Positions 28,031 to 41,299 of a DNA stretch of 64,000 nucleotides are shown here, piece after piece. The translations under genes were made by a program, and so were the position numbers. Positions within the stretch are counted from its first letter, which is position 1. Each line of letters begins with the position of its first letter. Origin of the DNA: Sphyrna mokarran (taxonomy: Eukaryota); assembly GCA_024679065.1 (NCBI GenBank), contig JAGIQG010000009.1:101122001-101186000 (forward strand), given 5' to 3'. The notes below the pieces were generated by a model. That model had not been told where the DNA came from. It saw only the letters and a list, made by a program, of their open reading frames with translations, and did no database searches.

Positions 28031-28311
28031 TTCAACGGAGACTGTGCGGTACATGTGCTGACCAAAGCATGCTCAGAAGATCGTAATGGCTGTTCTTTTT
28101 TTTTTGCTGGAAGTTAAGTCCTTTGGAAAAATAGAGAATTAATGAGATGCGGATGGATAGACACGTTGATCAGTGCGAATGCTATACATCTGCCAGGGGC
28201 TGGTGGGGTTGGGAGCTAAATGGTGGGGAGGAATTGGTCAGTCCGGGCGAGTGAGGGGGGATAGGTAGCGGACAAACTTGTCCTTGATGTCCAAGCGCAT
28301 AATTCGAGTAT

Positions 28312-29883
28312 TTGAAGCAGGTCGTCAAAGTCCAGGTCATTGAGGTACAGGGTTGCAAATTGGGGAGTATTGTAGTAGATAGGGAGGATGTGTTAGAAAT
28401 TCTCGAGGGTTTGAAGTTGGATAAGTCCCCTGGGCCGGACGGGATTTACCCTAGGATTCTCTGGGAGGCAAGAGAGGAGATTGCGGAGCCTCTGGCTCTG
28501 ATCTTCAGGTCCTCGTTGGTTACGGGTGTGGTTCCGGAGGACTGGAGGATGGCGAATGTGGTCCCATTGTTTAAGAAGGGGAAGAGAGACCTTCCTGGGA
28601 ATTATAGGCCAGTGAGTCTTACTTCTGTGGTGGGCAAGGTATTGGAGAGAATTATTAGGGATAGGATTTATAGTTATTTAGAGAGAAATGAATTGATTGG
28701 GGATAGTCAGCATGGTTTCGTGAAGGGTAGGTCATGCCTTACTAACCTCATTGAGTTTTTTGAGAAAGTGACCAGAGAGGTGGATGGGGGTAAGGCGGTT
28801 GATGTAGTATATATGGACTTTAGTAAGGCTTTTGATAAGGTGGCCCATGGAAGACTTCTACAGAAAATGCAGATGTGTGGAATAGAGGGTGATTTAGCTA
28901 ATTGGATTAGAAATTGGCTGGCAGATAGAAGACAGAGGGTGGTGGTTGATGGGAGATATTCATCGTGGAGTTCGGTGACGAGTGGTGTGCCTCAGGGGTC
29001 TGTTTTGGGGCCCCTGCTGTTTGTAATTTTTATAAATGATCTGGATGAGGGTATTGAGGGATGGATCAGTAAATTTGCAGATGATACTAAAGTTGGTGGT
29101 GTGGTAGATAGTGAAGAGGGGTGTTTTAGTTTACAGAGTGACTTGGACAAGTTGCAGAGCTGGGCCGAGAGGTGGCAAATGGAGTTTAATGTGGAAAAGT
29201 GTGAGGTAATGCACTTTGGCAGGAACAATAAATGTGTAGAGTATAGGGCTAATGGTAGGGCTCTTAATAGTGTTGAGGAACAGAAGGATCTTGGTGTATG
29301 TGTCAATAGATCCCTGAAAGTAGGCAGTCAAGTGGATAAAGTTGTTAAGAAGGCATATGGAGTCTTAGCTTTTATTGGTAGGGGGATTGAATTTAGGAGC
29401 CGCAGCATCATGTTGCAGCTGTACAAAACTCTAGTGCGGCCGCACTTGGAGTATTGTGTGCAGTTCTGGTCGCCACATTATAAGAAAGATGTGGAGGCAT
29501 TGGAGAGGGTACAGAGGAGGTTTACCAGGATGTTGCCTGGTATGGAGGGCAGGTCCTATGAAGAGAGGTTGAAGGATTTGAGGTTGTTTTCGTTAGAAAG
29601 GAGGCGGCTAAGAGGGGATCTTATTGAAGCATATAAGATGATTAGAGGTTTAGATAGGGTGGACAGTGATAGCCTTTTTCCTAGGATGGAGAAAGCTAGC
29701 ACGAGGGGACACAGCTTTAAATTAAGGGGTATGAGTTATAGGACGGATATCAGAGGTAGGTTCTTTACTCAAAGAGTGATTAGGGAGTGGAATGCCCTGC
29801 CTGCAGCTGTTGTAGATGCGCCAAGTTTGGTGGCGTTTAAGAGGTTAGTTGATAAGTATATGGATGAGAAGGGAATGGTTTAG
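28312..29883 (+). CDS. CR1 ORF2 reverse transcriptase (truncated, no endonuclease domain or true start)
   Basis: 523-aa open frame with all non-LTR RT motifs. Confidence 0.9.
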   Translation: MKQVVKVQVIEVQGCKLGSIVVDREDVLEILEGLKLDKSPGPDGIYPRILWEAREEIAEPLALIFRSSLVTGVVPEDWRMANVVPLFKKGKRDLPGNYRPVSLTSVVGKVLERIIRDRIYSYLERNELIGDSQHGFVKGRSCLTNLIEFFEKVTREVDGGKAVDVVYMDFSKAFDKVAHGRLLQKMQMCGIEGDLANWIRNWLADRRQRVVVDGRYSSWSSVTSGVPQGSVLGPLLFVIFINDLDEGIEGWISKFADDTKVGGVVDSEEGCFSLQSDLDKLQSWAERWQMEFNVEKCEVMHFGRNNKCVEYRANGRALNSVEEQKDLGVCVNRSLKVGSQVDKVVKKAYGVLAFIGRGIEFRSRSIMLQLYKTLVRPHLEYCVQFWSPHYKKDVEALERVQRRFTRMLPGMEGRSYEERLKDLRLFSLERRRLRGDLIEAYKMIRGLDRVDSDSLFPRMEKASTRGHSFKLRGMSYRTDIRGRFFTQRVIREWNALPAAVVDAPSLVAFKRLVDKYMDEKGMV

Positions 29884-29985
29884 TTAGGAGGGGCATTGCT
29901 TTTTATTTTGGTCGGCACAACATCGAAGGCCGAAGGGCCTGTTCTGTGCTGTATTGTTCTATGTTCTATGTTCTATGTTCTATGT
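28340..29985 (+). mobile_element. Young 5'-truncated CR1 LINE with intact RT frame
   Basis: ORF 28312-29883 has KSPGPDG, NYRPVSLTS, QHGF, DFSKAFDKV, GVPQGSVLGPLLF and FADD. The 3' UTR ends in (ttctatg)n. Confidence 0.97.
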
Positions 29986-30795
29986 AAGAACGTGAGAAAT
30001 AGGAGCAGGAATAGGCCATCTAGCCTTTCGAGCCTGCCCCACAATTCAATAAGATCATGGCTGACCTGAAGTGGATCATTTCCATTTTCTCGCTTTCTCC
30101 CCATAACCCTTAATTCCCTTGTCTTTCAGAAATCTATTTACCCGTGACTTTATTATATTCAACGAGGTAGCCTCCATCACATCAATGGGCAGAAAATTCC
30201 AGAGATTCACCACCCTTTGAGTGAAGAAGTTTCTCCTCAACTCCATTCTAAACTGACCACACCTCCCGCGGCCCTTTTTGAGGCTGTGTCCGCTAGTTCT
30301 GTTTTCCTTTCTAAGCGGAAGGTATCTCTCTACCTCGACCGTATCTAGCACCTTCATTATCTTGTAAGTCTCTATAAGATTCCGCCTCAGCCTTCTAAAG
30401 TCTAATGAGTAGAGTCCCAGTTTATTCAATCTCTCCGGATAAGCCAACCCCCTCATCTCCGGTAACAGCTTGGTGAGCCTTCTCTGTACTCCCTCCAAGA
30501 CCAATACATTCTTTTGCAAATAAGGAGACCAAAACTGCGCACAGTACTCCAGTTGCGGTCTCATCAGTGCCTTGTACATTGTAGCAACACCTTCCTGCTT
30601 TTATACTATATCCCCCTCGCTATGGAGGCCAACATTCTATTCACCTTCTTGGTCACCTGCTGCACCTGCAGACCAAGTTTTTGCGATTCGTGCACAAGAC
30701 TCCTCAAGTCCCTCTGCCCAGTAGCAGGCTGTAGCTTTTCACTCTTTAAATAATAATCCCTCCTATTATTATTTCTACCAAAGTGGAAACCTTAC
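29985..30795 (-). mobile_element. Older CR1 3' fragment, tail-to-tail with the young copy
   Basis: ORF 30076-30579 YKALMRPQLEYCAQFWSPY...RRNFFTQRVVNLWN; taagaa...aataggagcagga tail. Confidence 0.92.
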
Positions 30796-31953
30796 ACTCT
30801 TGTTATTCCGCTCCTTCTGAAAACAGCAGCCACGTTGAGCATCCCACCATACAAAACCCATCATTTTTGTAGAGACCTCTAAGTCCAAATCCGGTTATGT
30901 GGCACCTGTTCTAAAGCAGAAATACTTCTTCTTTCGGCCATCCAGTTGCATATCCAAGACCGAGAGAAGAATCAGTCCATTAAGGAACCGCGTTTGGTAG
31001 GTGACGCTGTCGACGTTCTTGGACGAAAATGACCAAACTGGACAGAACGGTTGCTGCATATCTGTTCACTGCCTTCGAAGGTCTATACCCCTCTTTTTCG
31101 GCAGCTGCCTTGACATTTCAAAGGAATTCGATATCTCGAGCGTATGACTGTGGAAATAATCTAAATTCCACAGCACTTAATTCACTTTACGCTACTTATT
31201 TACAACTACCACTATCTCTTTAACTCTCAATCTTCTGCCTCATTCGTCCAACACATTGTTTAACATCAGTGACAAACAGATAATTTGGTGCAGTTTACGA
31301 CTTACAGACGTTGACAGTGCAGAACTCTTTTGGTACGTGTGCTTTTGGAGCTGACGTAGCGAAATCTACTGAGTTTGTTCTGTTGCATTTATAACGTCAG
31401 ATCCGAAATATTAAAGTAGTGGTGTGCCGTTTCACATCTGAGTTAGTTAGGATAGGAGTCCGGGAAAAAAAAACGTTTTCCATGTCACTGTCATTATGTG
31501 TCCTTTAAACCCATAGTTTCATTGTGTTCTTGCTAATGTACTTTAGGCTTTACACACTCGATCTCAGAGATTTGTTGGTAATATGCGATAACCAACTTCG
31601 TTGAAAATCAAAGCAAACGAATTACCTCTACTATCAAATTGAAGCACTATTGCTCAAAAAGTATTTTGCAATAAGTAATAGTTATTTAATATAAGTGAGA
31701 TGTAATGTTAAATAAGATCCACAGTTGCAGATTTTGCACTGATACGTACGTGTAATATTGGATGTGTAAGTCAGGTTAAATATCTTTATCTTCAATAATT
31801 ACATCTGTATCTCTTACTTGGTTGTCATTTGGAATGTATCATATAGTAATAGTCATCTGTACATTTTACCATGAAGCTAACCTAAGGTGGCTGCAAGGAA
31901 GATATATTGTCCATATGCATACTTTAGTGACTCAAACAATATTACTGTTAATA

Positions 31954-31975
31954 CATATATATATATATATATATA
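31954..31975. repeat. (AT)n microsatellite about 40 nt downstream of micro-exon J
   Basis: atatatatatatatatatata. Confidence 0.9.
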
Positions 31976-32014
31976 GTATCCAAGTCAATCGCGTGATTAA
32001 TGAATGCATATTAC

Positions 32015-32032
32015 CTGCCCAAAGTTCTGAAA
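32015..32032 (-). CDS. Micro-exon J (18 nt, phase 1-1); VSELWA. A tandem acceptor gives a 12-nt in-frame form.
   Basis: cttgattttttttaatttcag|TTTCAGAACTTTGGGCAG|gtaata. Confidence 0.72.
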
Positions 32033-32639
32033 CTGAAATTAAAAAAAATCAAGTGCAATATGAAATTATCCAAAACTTTTAAAATTGCGAGGTAGAACCA
32101 TTATAAAAAGGAAAAAAATGTAGTTGCAACACATGAACACTGACATAGGGCAATGAAAATTCGGAACGGTAATATTAATTTCCAGGTCTGATTCAGAAAT
32201 ATTTGTTTTTCCCACAATAGACTTGTTGTTCTTCTTACTGCCCATGACACACAAAATGCAATGTCCATCCAAACGTTCCCTGTCAGTTTCACCCTGTGAT
32301 CTAGTTTTGTACATAGATATATTTGATTTGTTATTCTTTATTTGTTTTTATTTCCGCTTGACAGCGGTGCAATATTTAAAACTCCCAGTCACCGTAAGCA
32401 CGCCTGACCTGCGGTCTTTTGGGCGGGCTTCTGCAGTCAGAAGGTGGACTGCTGGCAGAGGAATGTCGAGTGATTCTGGAGGGGTAGGTCAGCCAGAGTG
32501 TTTGGCAGTCCAGCGTGCGTGGGGAAGGACGGGAGGGAACGGAAAGGGTGTGGAGCGGGGGGAGTTGGGAGAGGTGCAAATAGGAATAATTGATGGAGTA
32601 GGGATTTGATCGGGGTTCATGGGCATTGAGTGTTTGCGG

Positions 32640-32915
32640 GGTGAATTTAAATTATAGTTATAAATTAAGAGGTGATAATTATAGGACGGATGTCAGTGGT
32701 AGGTTCTTTACTCAGAGGAAGTAAGGGCGTGGAATACCCTGGCTGCAGCTGTTGTGGATTCGCCAACTTTAAGGGCATTCAAATGGTCAGTGGGTAGGCA
32801 TATGGATAACATTGGAATGGTTTAGGTTAGAATGTTATTAGATTGGTTCCACTGGTCGGCGCAGCATTGAGGGCCGAAAGGCTGTACTGCGCTGTAACGT
32901 TCCATGTTCTATATT
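32640..32915 (+). mobile_element. CR1 3' fragment, diverged relative of the young family
   Basis: ggtaggttctttactcagag...ggaataccctggctgcagctgttgt...gggccgaa...ctgtactgcgctgtaa...gttctat. Confidence 0.85.
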
Positions 32916-34959
32916 GTAACTATGATCTGGGCTAGTGGGATTCAGACGTTCCGGCGTATGATCTGGTAGTCCAACGGAGTGTGTGTTTGGAGAAGGTCAT
33001 GATCACTGTCATGATCACCCAACATAGAATTGTATTTTAAAGCATTCTATGTACCTGCTAAGAGTGTGGCAGGCATTCGTGTAACCATGTCCACAGAGGC
33101 TTCCACGTGTACGGTAATACTCCGATAAATTTGCAACTTTACTGAAAAATCACTGATAATCCACTGTCAGAGGATTATCGGGGATGAAAAGTGAGGTCGA
33201 GCGTGGTTGAATTCGACGGATTTCCAACGGCATTGCCAGTTTTAGGCCACGAAGAATGGAATATCTGCCTTAAATTGATAGTAGGCAGCGGTAAAAGCGG
33301 AAGACTGCGTATGATGTATTTTTCACTTGTGTTCTGGTACCCATCTTATTTACGTGTAATGCCTCATTTTCGCGCATTGTACGAGCCCAAAGGAATATAT
33401 TCAACAACACATCCGTCTCTTGCAAATACTATGTATGTTTCCTCCTATCCCGTTGAATACCATTGGCTAAGCTATTATTGATGATACAGACCTTGCAGCC
33501 AATTTTGTAATTTTATTCTGTCTTGGTTTATATTTATGACCTCCCCCCCCCCTTACCTTTTAATAAACGACGTTCATTATTTACATCCCAAGCCTTCTGC
33601 TTTATTGTATCAAATGAAACACCAATCCAGGGAATTGAAGTGTGAAACATCCATTGTGGCCAGATAAATTATTATGAAGAAATTAAGATATTGCTATCAG
33701 CTGATCTTTGCTATTAATAACGCATTTCCCACTCCACATAACTGAATGTGGTATGTAGCATATAAGTAAGTTTACAGTACTAAGTAATGATCATATGGAT
33801 TAAAATATACAATTCGAAAAATTGTAATGTTACGCAATATACAATTTATAACTTGAAATGCACGAATCGTTGAAAATTAGTGTATTCACTTGTATTATAT
33901 GACAATAATTGGGTTCTTTAAGATGTAGTGCGGCATAATGAATGTTGTGAAGCTGATCTTATTTCAAGTTTCCCAATGTGTGTGCATCACGAAAGCTGTA
34001 CAATACGACAATGCCATGTGACCATCCTTATTTTCTACGTTAAATCTTTGGCAAGTGTGTTTGTTTATGGATTTTTTGAGGGTTGGAACAGTAATTAGTG
34101 GTCAACGTCCATAAAATGCCATTTTTTCGCTCTCGTATTTTATTGATAAAAGTTATTGCTAATTTTCGTCCCTCAATGTTAATAATGTTCTTAAATAAAA
34201 TTCATTGATTAAAGCTCTCTGGGGTCATTTGAATCATACCAGGAGTGAAACATCTGGTGCTTACTTTAGCCAAATTCAAACTGCAAATCTTATGGTCCTG
34301 GCTGACTTCATAAAAGAGTTTCGAATTTCTGACCCGGATTATAACAGTACTAAAATGTTAACGAACTGATTAAAATGAGAAGAATATAATTTCGTGTAAA
34401 TGTAAATTTTGAAATAAATATATGTGAAAGCAACAAAAATTGCGCAATGTAAGGTATATTTCAAAGAATATAAAACTCGCTCAGCATATCAGCTTTCCAT
34501 AAAGTAAAAAAAAATCAATGCAACGGAATCAACAATCGTTGCTTACTGGAATCTTTCGTAGCCTTTTTGAAAGCAGCCAATTCTAAGGAAAATTTAAAAC
34601 AAAATTCGCCAAGGCATTAGGAGGTACAGACAGATGCATGCAAATGCTTTGGTTGAATGCACGCGTAACAAATGTTTTCTTGTTCATTACGTATCAAGAA
34701 TATGCAACATGCAGCCGAGTTTCTGGTTTGAAATTCTCATATTGGTAACTTCATGATTCCACATTGTTTTATTTTTCAAATTTAGGGCTTGCTTTCCAAT
34801 ATTAAGAATGAATGTGCGACATCACATCAATGAGCAGTTGGAACAATCGATATTGCTGATAAAATTCAACAGCTTTGAATGGAGACGTAGAGAGAAAAAC
34901 AGATTTAACACACTGAGCATAATATGAAACTTTATTTACAGATATGTTGGTCTTAAGGT

Positions 34960-36272
34960 TTATCTCTCTGCAGATGTAATTAAGAATCATATTACTACAG
35001 CCTAGTTTTGTACATATGAGGTCATGTCTCAGTAACATTGTGGAATTTTTTTGAGGGGGTGACAAAAGTGATTGAGAGGGAAGAGCTGTGGATGTAGCCT
35101 ATGTGGTCATTGGTAAGGACCCTCATGGCAGGCTGGTGCAAAATATTAAATCTCGTGGGACCAGCGCTGAACTAGGTAGCTAGATTCAAAAATTATTTAG
35201 CCATAGAAGACAGAGGGTAGCGGTGAAAATGTGTGCGTGTGTGTTTTTTTTTTCTGAATGGAGATCTTTAATTACTGTTGTTCCACGGGGATCAACGCTG
35301 AGACCTACATACAGATGACTTGGAACAAAATGTAACTGGTGATTAGCAATTTGGTTTGATTAGCAATTTGAGATGATACTAAGATTGAAGCAGTTGTGGA
35401 AACGGACGAAGATTGTCAGCAAATACAGCAGGATAGACAGAGAGAGAGAGACAGGAAAATTTGATCGAGAAATTGCAGATCGAATTTAAACCAGACAAAT
35501 GTGATGTAGTGCATTTTTGTCGATCCAGTTCAGATGGAAACTATAAAATAAATGGCAGAACCATCAGAAGCATATACACACAGAGGGATCTCGAAGTACA
35601 CGTCCGCAGATCCTTAAAAGTGGCAGAATAGGTGGAAAAAGCGGTGAAGAAAGCATATGGCATGCTTGCATTCATTGGACGGGGCATTGGATATAAAAGC
35701 TGGTCAATTATTTAACAGTTATATGAAATGTTGATTTGGTCACAATTGGAATATTGTGCCTAATTCTGATCTCTACAGTGCCAAAAGGACGTTGACGCTT
35801 TGAAGAAAATGTAGAAAAGGTTTACCAGGATGTTGCCGCGTTTGGAGGTCATTAGCTTTGAGGAAAGATTGAATAAAATGGGATGTTTCTCCCTGGCTGA
35901 CGAGGGAACCTGATAGAAGTTTAAAAAATAATGAAAGGGACAAGTAGGGTGAACACTTGGAAGCATTTTCTCAGGACGGAAATAATAATTTCAAGGGGGT
36001 ACAAGTTAAAGTTAAGCAGTTGGGTTTTTGGGGGGAGGTCGGGGAGATTCCGTTGACATTTGCAATCATTTTTTTTTAACACAGAGGGGTCGGCTTTGGG
36101 AATACACTGTCAAAATACGTTTGCCACATTTAAGACCTATCTTGATTGGCAAATGATCAAATGGAAATGAAGAAATATGAAGTGTTGTGTTAGATACGAA
36201 AATCTAATAGGAGGTGTTAGATAGGAGGGATTAAGGGCCTGTTCCTGTGCTGTACTGTGCTTTGTTCTAGTC
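34960..36272 (+). mobile_element. Decayed CR1 RT and 3' end
   Basis: gctgtggatgtagcctatgtgg, agaagacagagggtagcggtg, gatgatactaagatt, tttaccaggatgttgcc, gggcctgttcctgtgctgtactg. Frameshifted. Confidence 0.88.
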
Positions 36273-38555
36273 TTGAAATGGCAAATTATTTTCTCTCCCC
36301 ACAGAAGCTGTCAGGGCTGCAGAGATGCTGACACATTTTCAGATTTCATTTCACATTTCCAGCTACTAAAGCATTGTGCTACTTTTTACCAAATATTTAG
36401 CTGAATTTGTACCAGAACACAAAAGAAATGTGTTCTTCCACCATGTGCTAATCTGAAAGAGGAACCAAATTTAATACTGTTGTCCTCCAACGTTTAATAT
36501 GTAAAAGTTCTCAGATACTTTCAACCCCAGATGGATTCAATGCAGCAGTCTGTGCTACCAACTATTTTCATCCCAGGTTAGAATTCAATATTGTCACATT
36601 ATGTCAAAAGTTTTGAAGTGTTGTTTGCAGCACAAAGAATCATTTAGCTATTTGATATTATCACAGACCTTCGTGGAGCAGTGGAATTTGCCCTATTCCA
36701 TTGAATGCCTGAACTTGCTTTGAAATCATTGACTTTGCTTAAAAGATCACCATGTACAGAGCATTGCAATTCGATGCGTTTAAAACAATATATTTCCTAA
36801 CGTTCTTTGGATCACCTGTGCACAGAATATCTTTACTGCTCTCGATATCTGTACTTTCAACTGGTCGGAACGGCGCTTTCTTGCTTGACCAATAGAAGTC
36901 TGTTATAAAGTGTACACGTCTCTCAAGTCTGGAACTTTTTTTTCCCCCAAAGAGAACAATGACAATACCTCCAAACTCAAATTCTAGCTAGGGTATTCCT
37001 TACCTGAAACAAACCCTGTAAATCTGAATCGCATTCAAATATTCTATCAGGCGTGAAAGCAATGTGTCACGCCATGTTTATGACTGAAAAGTGCTTTATG
37101 TAGAGTTGGCATACTGTCAAAAATGCTGCTATTCCTAAGGACACAACTCCACTTCAGCTGGGAACCATTCTCAAATTGTGCGTTGCTGCTTACAATTAAA
37201 TGTAAATTTCAATTTACGCCAAGATCCGTCTGGTTCTCTACACTCCCTATCATTGCGCCATTACTTTGATAATTTCTTCTCCGATCACTTCAGGCCACAG
37301 GCATCAACCAACATATCCATAAATTTCCACTCTGCTGAAGTGCATATGTTCCTTTTTCGTCAATTAGTCGCACATGCATGTCTGTCCATTCCTATCAGTT
37401 TAACGTCGTGGGCAAATTATGACATGTTCTTACGTATACCAAAATCTAAGACACTTCCAAATAGCACCGGAAAAAAATTGTTTTAGCCGTGATCCTTTGT
37501 AATAACTTTGATGGCAATCACCTGGCACGTGAACTAGCCAGTCACGATGTTTCCAATCAGACTTCTGTTTTAGTTTTGTACAATTCAGACAATGAGTTGC
37601 TTTAGTTCTTCCTAATTCTTAAAACAATAATTTGGGGAAAAAAAGTGGAAGCAAAAGGAAAGAAGAAAATTCATCTGTCTTCCCTGTAATAGAACTCATG
37701 TCCAATTATATAGAGACCGAATTTATTCGATATTATCTCTGCATTACTTAGTGGAAAGATGGAGAGCAAAAACAATATTGGTCACAGTACTTCGTTAACC
37801 TTACAAGGTATTTCATATGAAATTCGCCAGCAAATTATTTCGTATGGCAAAATATTAAGCAGCAGTGCTAACATCGTCGAGAATATATATAGACATAGAT
37901 TTATTCTAATGCTGAAGACTGAAAAATTGCAGGCGAAAAATGTGTGTTTATATGCAATTGAATGCAATGGTACTGTTTGTAGTTCTGCAGAAGAGATCGT
38001 ATGACAGTTATAACTTAAGGGTTTTGGAGTGTTGGCACAATGGCGACCAATGTTTTGTTTAATAGTAAAATGCTGAATTAATTTGTGAACACTGAAAACA
38101 CACAGCTTCACCTCATAACCAAATAATTTCACTCTTCAAGTATTGCTGAAGTATGTGAATCGTTCATCGAAAACTAACCCCAGTAAACTCGAGATTCCTT
38201 ATGAATAAATACTGTGAAGATCATATCAATTGCCTTTATTTCTCACAAAAAAATCAGTTTTTTTCCGATTCACTCGATCCCTCTACGTCATATATGCTTG
38301 GCCCAGAAATAAAAAAAAACTTCCTGAAATTGATGTCATTTTTGTGTACGAAATGTCTGTTAACTTCGTATGCACTCACCAAAAACAATGACTATTCTCA
38401 TTCCATTTACATCCCCAACATGTGTTATCCTCACCTAACAGAAACACTCATGTACTTTTGTATAGTACCTAGAATTCCAGATTGGCAGAGATGGATAAAT
38501 GTTTTCCTTATCCATCTGTAAATAAAATTCACGATATAAGTTTGTATTATTTCAC

Positions 38556-38576
38556 CTCCCATCTTCGTCTGCATTC
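38556..38576 (-). CDS. Candidate micro-exon I (21 nt, phase 1-1); GMQTKMG
   Basis: cttctgtgattcataaacag|GAATGCAGACGAAGATGGGAG|gtgaaa. Both sites only moderate. Confidence 0.3.
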
Positions 38577-38599
38577 CTGTTTATGAATCACAGAAGTGA

Positions 38600-40760
38600 T
38601 ACATAAAAACATAAGAACGTAAAAATCAGGAGCATAAAAATTGGCCTCCAGACCTTGGTCCACCACTCAACTAAGACATGGCTGATATTTTTAAGGAGTC
38701 AGCTCCGCTTACCCGCCTGCTCACCATAACCCTTAATTATTTTACTGTTCAAAAATTTATCTATCCTTGCACTAAAAAAAACATTCATTGAGGTAGCCAG
38801 AACTGCATCACTGGACAAGGAATTCCATAGATTCACAGCCATTTGTGTGAAGAAGTTCCTCCTCAACGCAGTCCTAAATTTGTTTTCCCTTATTTTATGG
38901 CTATGCTCCCTAGTTTGAATTTCATCCGCTAGTTGAAACAACTTCCTTGTTTTTATCTGATCTATTCCCTTCATTTCTTATGTATTTCTACAAGGTTGCC
39001 CCTTATTCTTCTGAATTCCAATGAGTAGAGCCCCAGTCGACTCTGTCTCTTCTCATAAACCGACCATTTTAATTTTGGAATCAACCTAGTAAGTCGCCTC
39101 TGCCACTATATCCTTTCTCAAGTAAGGAGACAAAACTGTACAGTACTCTAGGTGTGGCCTCAACAGCACCTTAAGAAGCTGCAGCATAACCTCACTGTTT
39201 TTAAATTCAACTTCTGTAGCAATAAAGGGCAATATTCCATTTGCCTTCTTTAGTATCTGTTGCACCTATAAACCAAATCCTTGAGATTATTGCACAAGGA
39301 CTCCTAGGTCTGTCTGCGCAGCAGCATGTTGCAATTTCATACCATTTATATAATAGCCCATTTTGCTGTTATTTCTACTAAAATGGATGACCTCACATTT
39401 ACCAATATTGTACTCCATCTGCCAGAACCTCGCCCACTCACTTAGACTATCTGTATGCATTTGCAGGGCCCTCTGCATACTTTGCTGTGCCACCCATCTT
39501 AGTTTCATAGAACATAGAACATTACAGCACAGAACAGGCCCTTCGGCCTTCGATGTTGTGCCGACCAAAATAAAAAGCAATGCCCCTCCAAACTAAACCA
39601 TTCCCTTCTCTTCCATATACTTATCAATTAACCTCTTAAACGCCACCAAACTTGGCGCATCTACAACAGCTGCAGGCAGGGCATTCCACTCCCTAATCAC
39701 TCTTTGAGTAAAGAACCTACCTCTGATATCCGTCCTATAACTCATACCCCTTAATTTAAAGCTGTGTCCCCTCGTGCTAGCAAATTTCATTTGTGAATTT
39801 TGACGCACTACACTAGGTCCCCAACTCTAAATCATCCATATAAATCGTAAACAATTGTGGGCCCAAAACTGATCCCTGAAGCATACTACTAGTCAATGAT
39901 CACAACAAGAAAAATAACCATTTACCTCCATTTGTTGTTTTATGTTAGTTAACCAATCCTCTATTCATGTTAATACATTATCCGTAACACCGTGCATCTT
40001 TATCTTATGTAGCATTCTTTGCTCCGGAACCTTGTCAAATGGCTTCTGGAAATCCAGAGGCATCACATCCACAGTCTAATGTTCTCAAGGAATTCTACCA
40101 AATTAGTCGAACATGACCTTTTCTTCATGAATGGGACAATTCATGTCCAGATATCTCGCTATTTCTTACTTGATAATCGATTCAAGCATTTTCCCTACTG
40201 CAGAAGTTAAGTTAACCAACCTATAGTTATCCGCCTTTTGTCTACCTCATTCTTTTTTAACAGTGGCGTCACATTTGCTGTTTTCCAATCTGTGGGAACC
40301 ACCACAGAGATCAGTGAATTTTGTAAATTACCATTCATGCATTTGTTATTTCTCCCTCCTTCTCTTTTAGTACCCTGTGATGCATTCCATCAGAACCAGG
40401 AGGTCTATCTATCTTTAACCCTAATTAATAGGCCAACATTAGCTCTTTCGTGATAATGATAGTTTGTAACTTTTCATTGTCAAAGCCTTCCTGTCATCAA
40501 TTTTTGGCAAATTATTTGTGTCTTCTGCTGTGAAGGCCAACACAAAATACCCGTTCAAATCCTCAGCCATTTCCTCATTTCCAGTTTTAACATCCCCTTC
40601 TCATCCTCTAAAGGGTCTGTGTTTACTTTAGCTGCTCTTTTTTCGTTTTATATATTTATATAAATGTTTATATGATTCAAGAAACAGACATAAATATGTA
40701 TATTTAAAAAGGAAATGTTATCTGGATTTTCAAACCGTTTATGGGGCTTACTCTCCAATA
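38600..40760 (-). mobile_element. Old CR1 (RT and 3' end) with a nested young CR1
   Basis: ORFs 38699-38974 (RRNFFTQMAVNLWN) and 39287-39580 (WARFWQMEYNIGKCEVIHF). Confidence 0.9.
39506..39782 (-). mobile_element. Young CR1 3' fragment (about 277 bp) nested in the older CR1
   Basis: ORF 39593-39808 ASTRGHSFKLRGMSYRTDIRG is identical to the young copies; tttcat is repeated at both junctions. Confidence 0.95.
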
Positions 40761-41272
40761 TCTGCCAACTATTCCATCTGTACAGTTCTTCCAGTTTTGG
40801 TGCTTATTTAATTCTAGTCTCTGGACTCCCTAATCCCATTTGATCCATCATTGCTGGCAAGATGTAAAGGTGCCTAGCCTCCGCCTGGCCCTCTCCGAAG
40901 TTTTTTTTTCGCTTTCAATCCGCCTTTGAAACAACGTTTTATGCACTTCATAAAACAACAAATCATATGACCAATAAAAATGTATGTTTATAAGGTCCCT
41001 ACGAAATGCTTTATGAGATTGCACTAAGTTGAATTTGCGATTTGCAGACATGAATGGCAAAACAATTGATTTATTTGGCCAAAGTTTGAAATACAACTAC
41101 AACCAGCAGAATATCGGTATGATAATCAGATTACTCTTATGGATGTTGCATGCGAAATGTGGTGCCTGTATTTCTATACTGTTTCTTATGCATTGTGAGG
41201 ATAATTAGGATGCCATTTTGATCTCACTTGTTTCCAAGTATGCGCAAATATATGAAAAGATAGCTTGTTTAC

Positions 41273-41299
41273 CTTCAGACTTAGCAACCAGTTGCTGTT
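41273..41299 (-). CDS. Micro-exon H (27 nt, phase 1-1); EQQLVAKSE
   Basis: tatatacatttttacag|AACAGCAACTGGTTGCTAAGTCTGAAG|gtaaac. Lies 383 nt downstream of exon G and continues its heptad register. Confidence 0.78.

Noticed and set aside
32363-32391. Plus-strand 29-nt exon candidate (ttccgcttgacag...gtaagc)
   Set aside because: Isolated, not 3n, at the edge of a repeat-like GC-rich stretch, with no plus-strand partner series found.
33557-33599. 40/43-nt phase 0-1 exon (QKAWDVNNERRLLK) paired with a 20-nt form of the 37004 exon
   Set aside because: Needs two weak acceptors at once; cannot be supported without transcripts.
38380-38434. 55-nt AG..GT segment with a strong gtgagt donor
   Set aside because: Not a multiple of 3; it would shift the frame of the array and no compensating exon is convincing.
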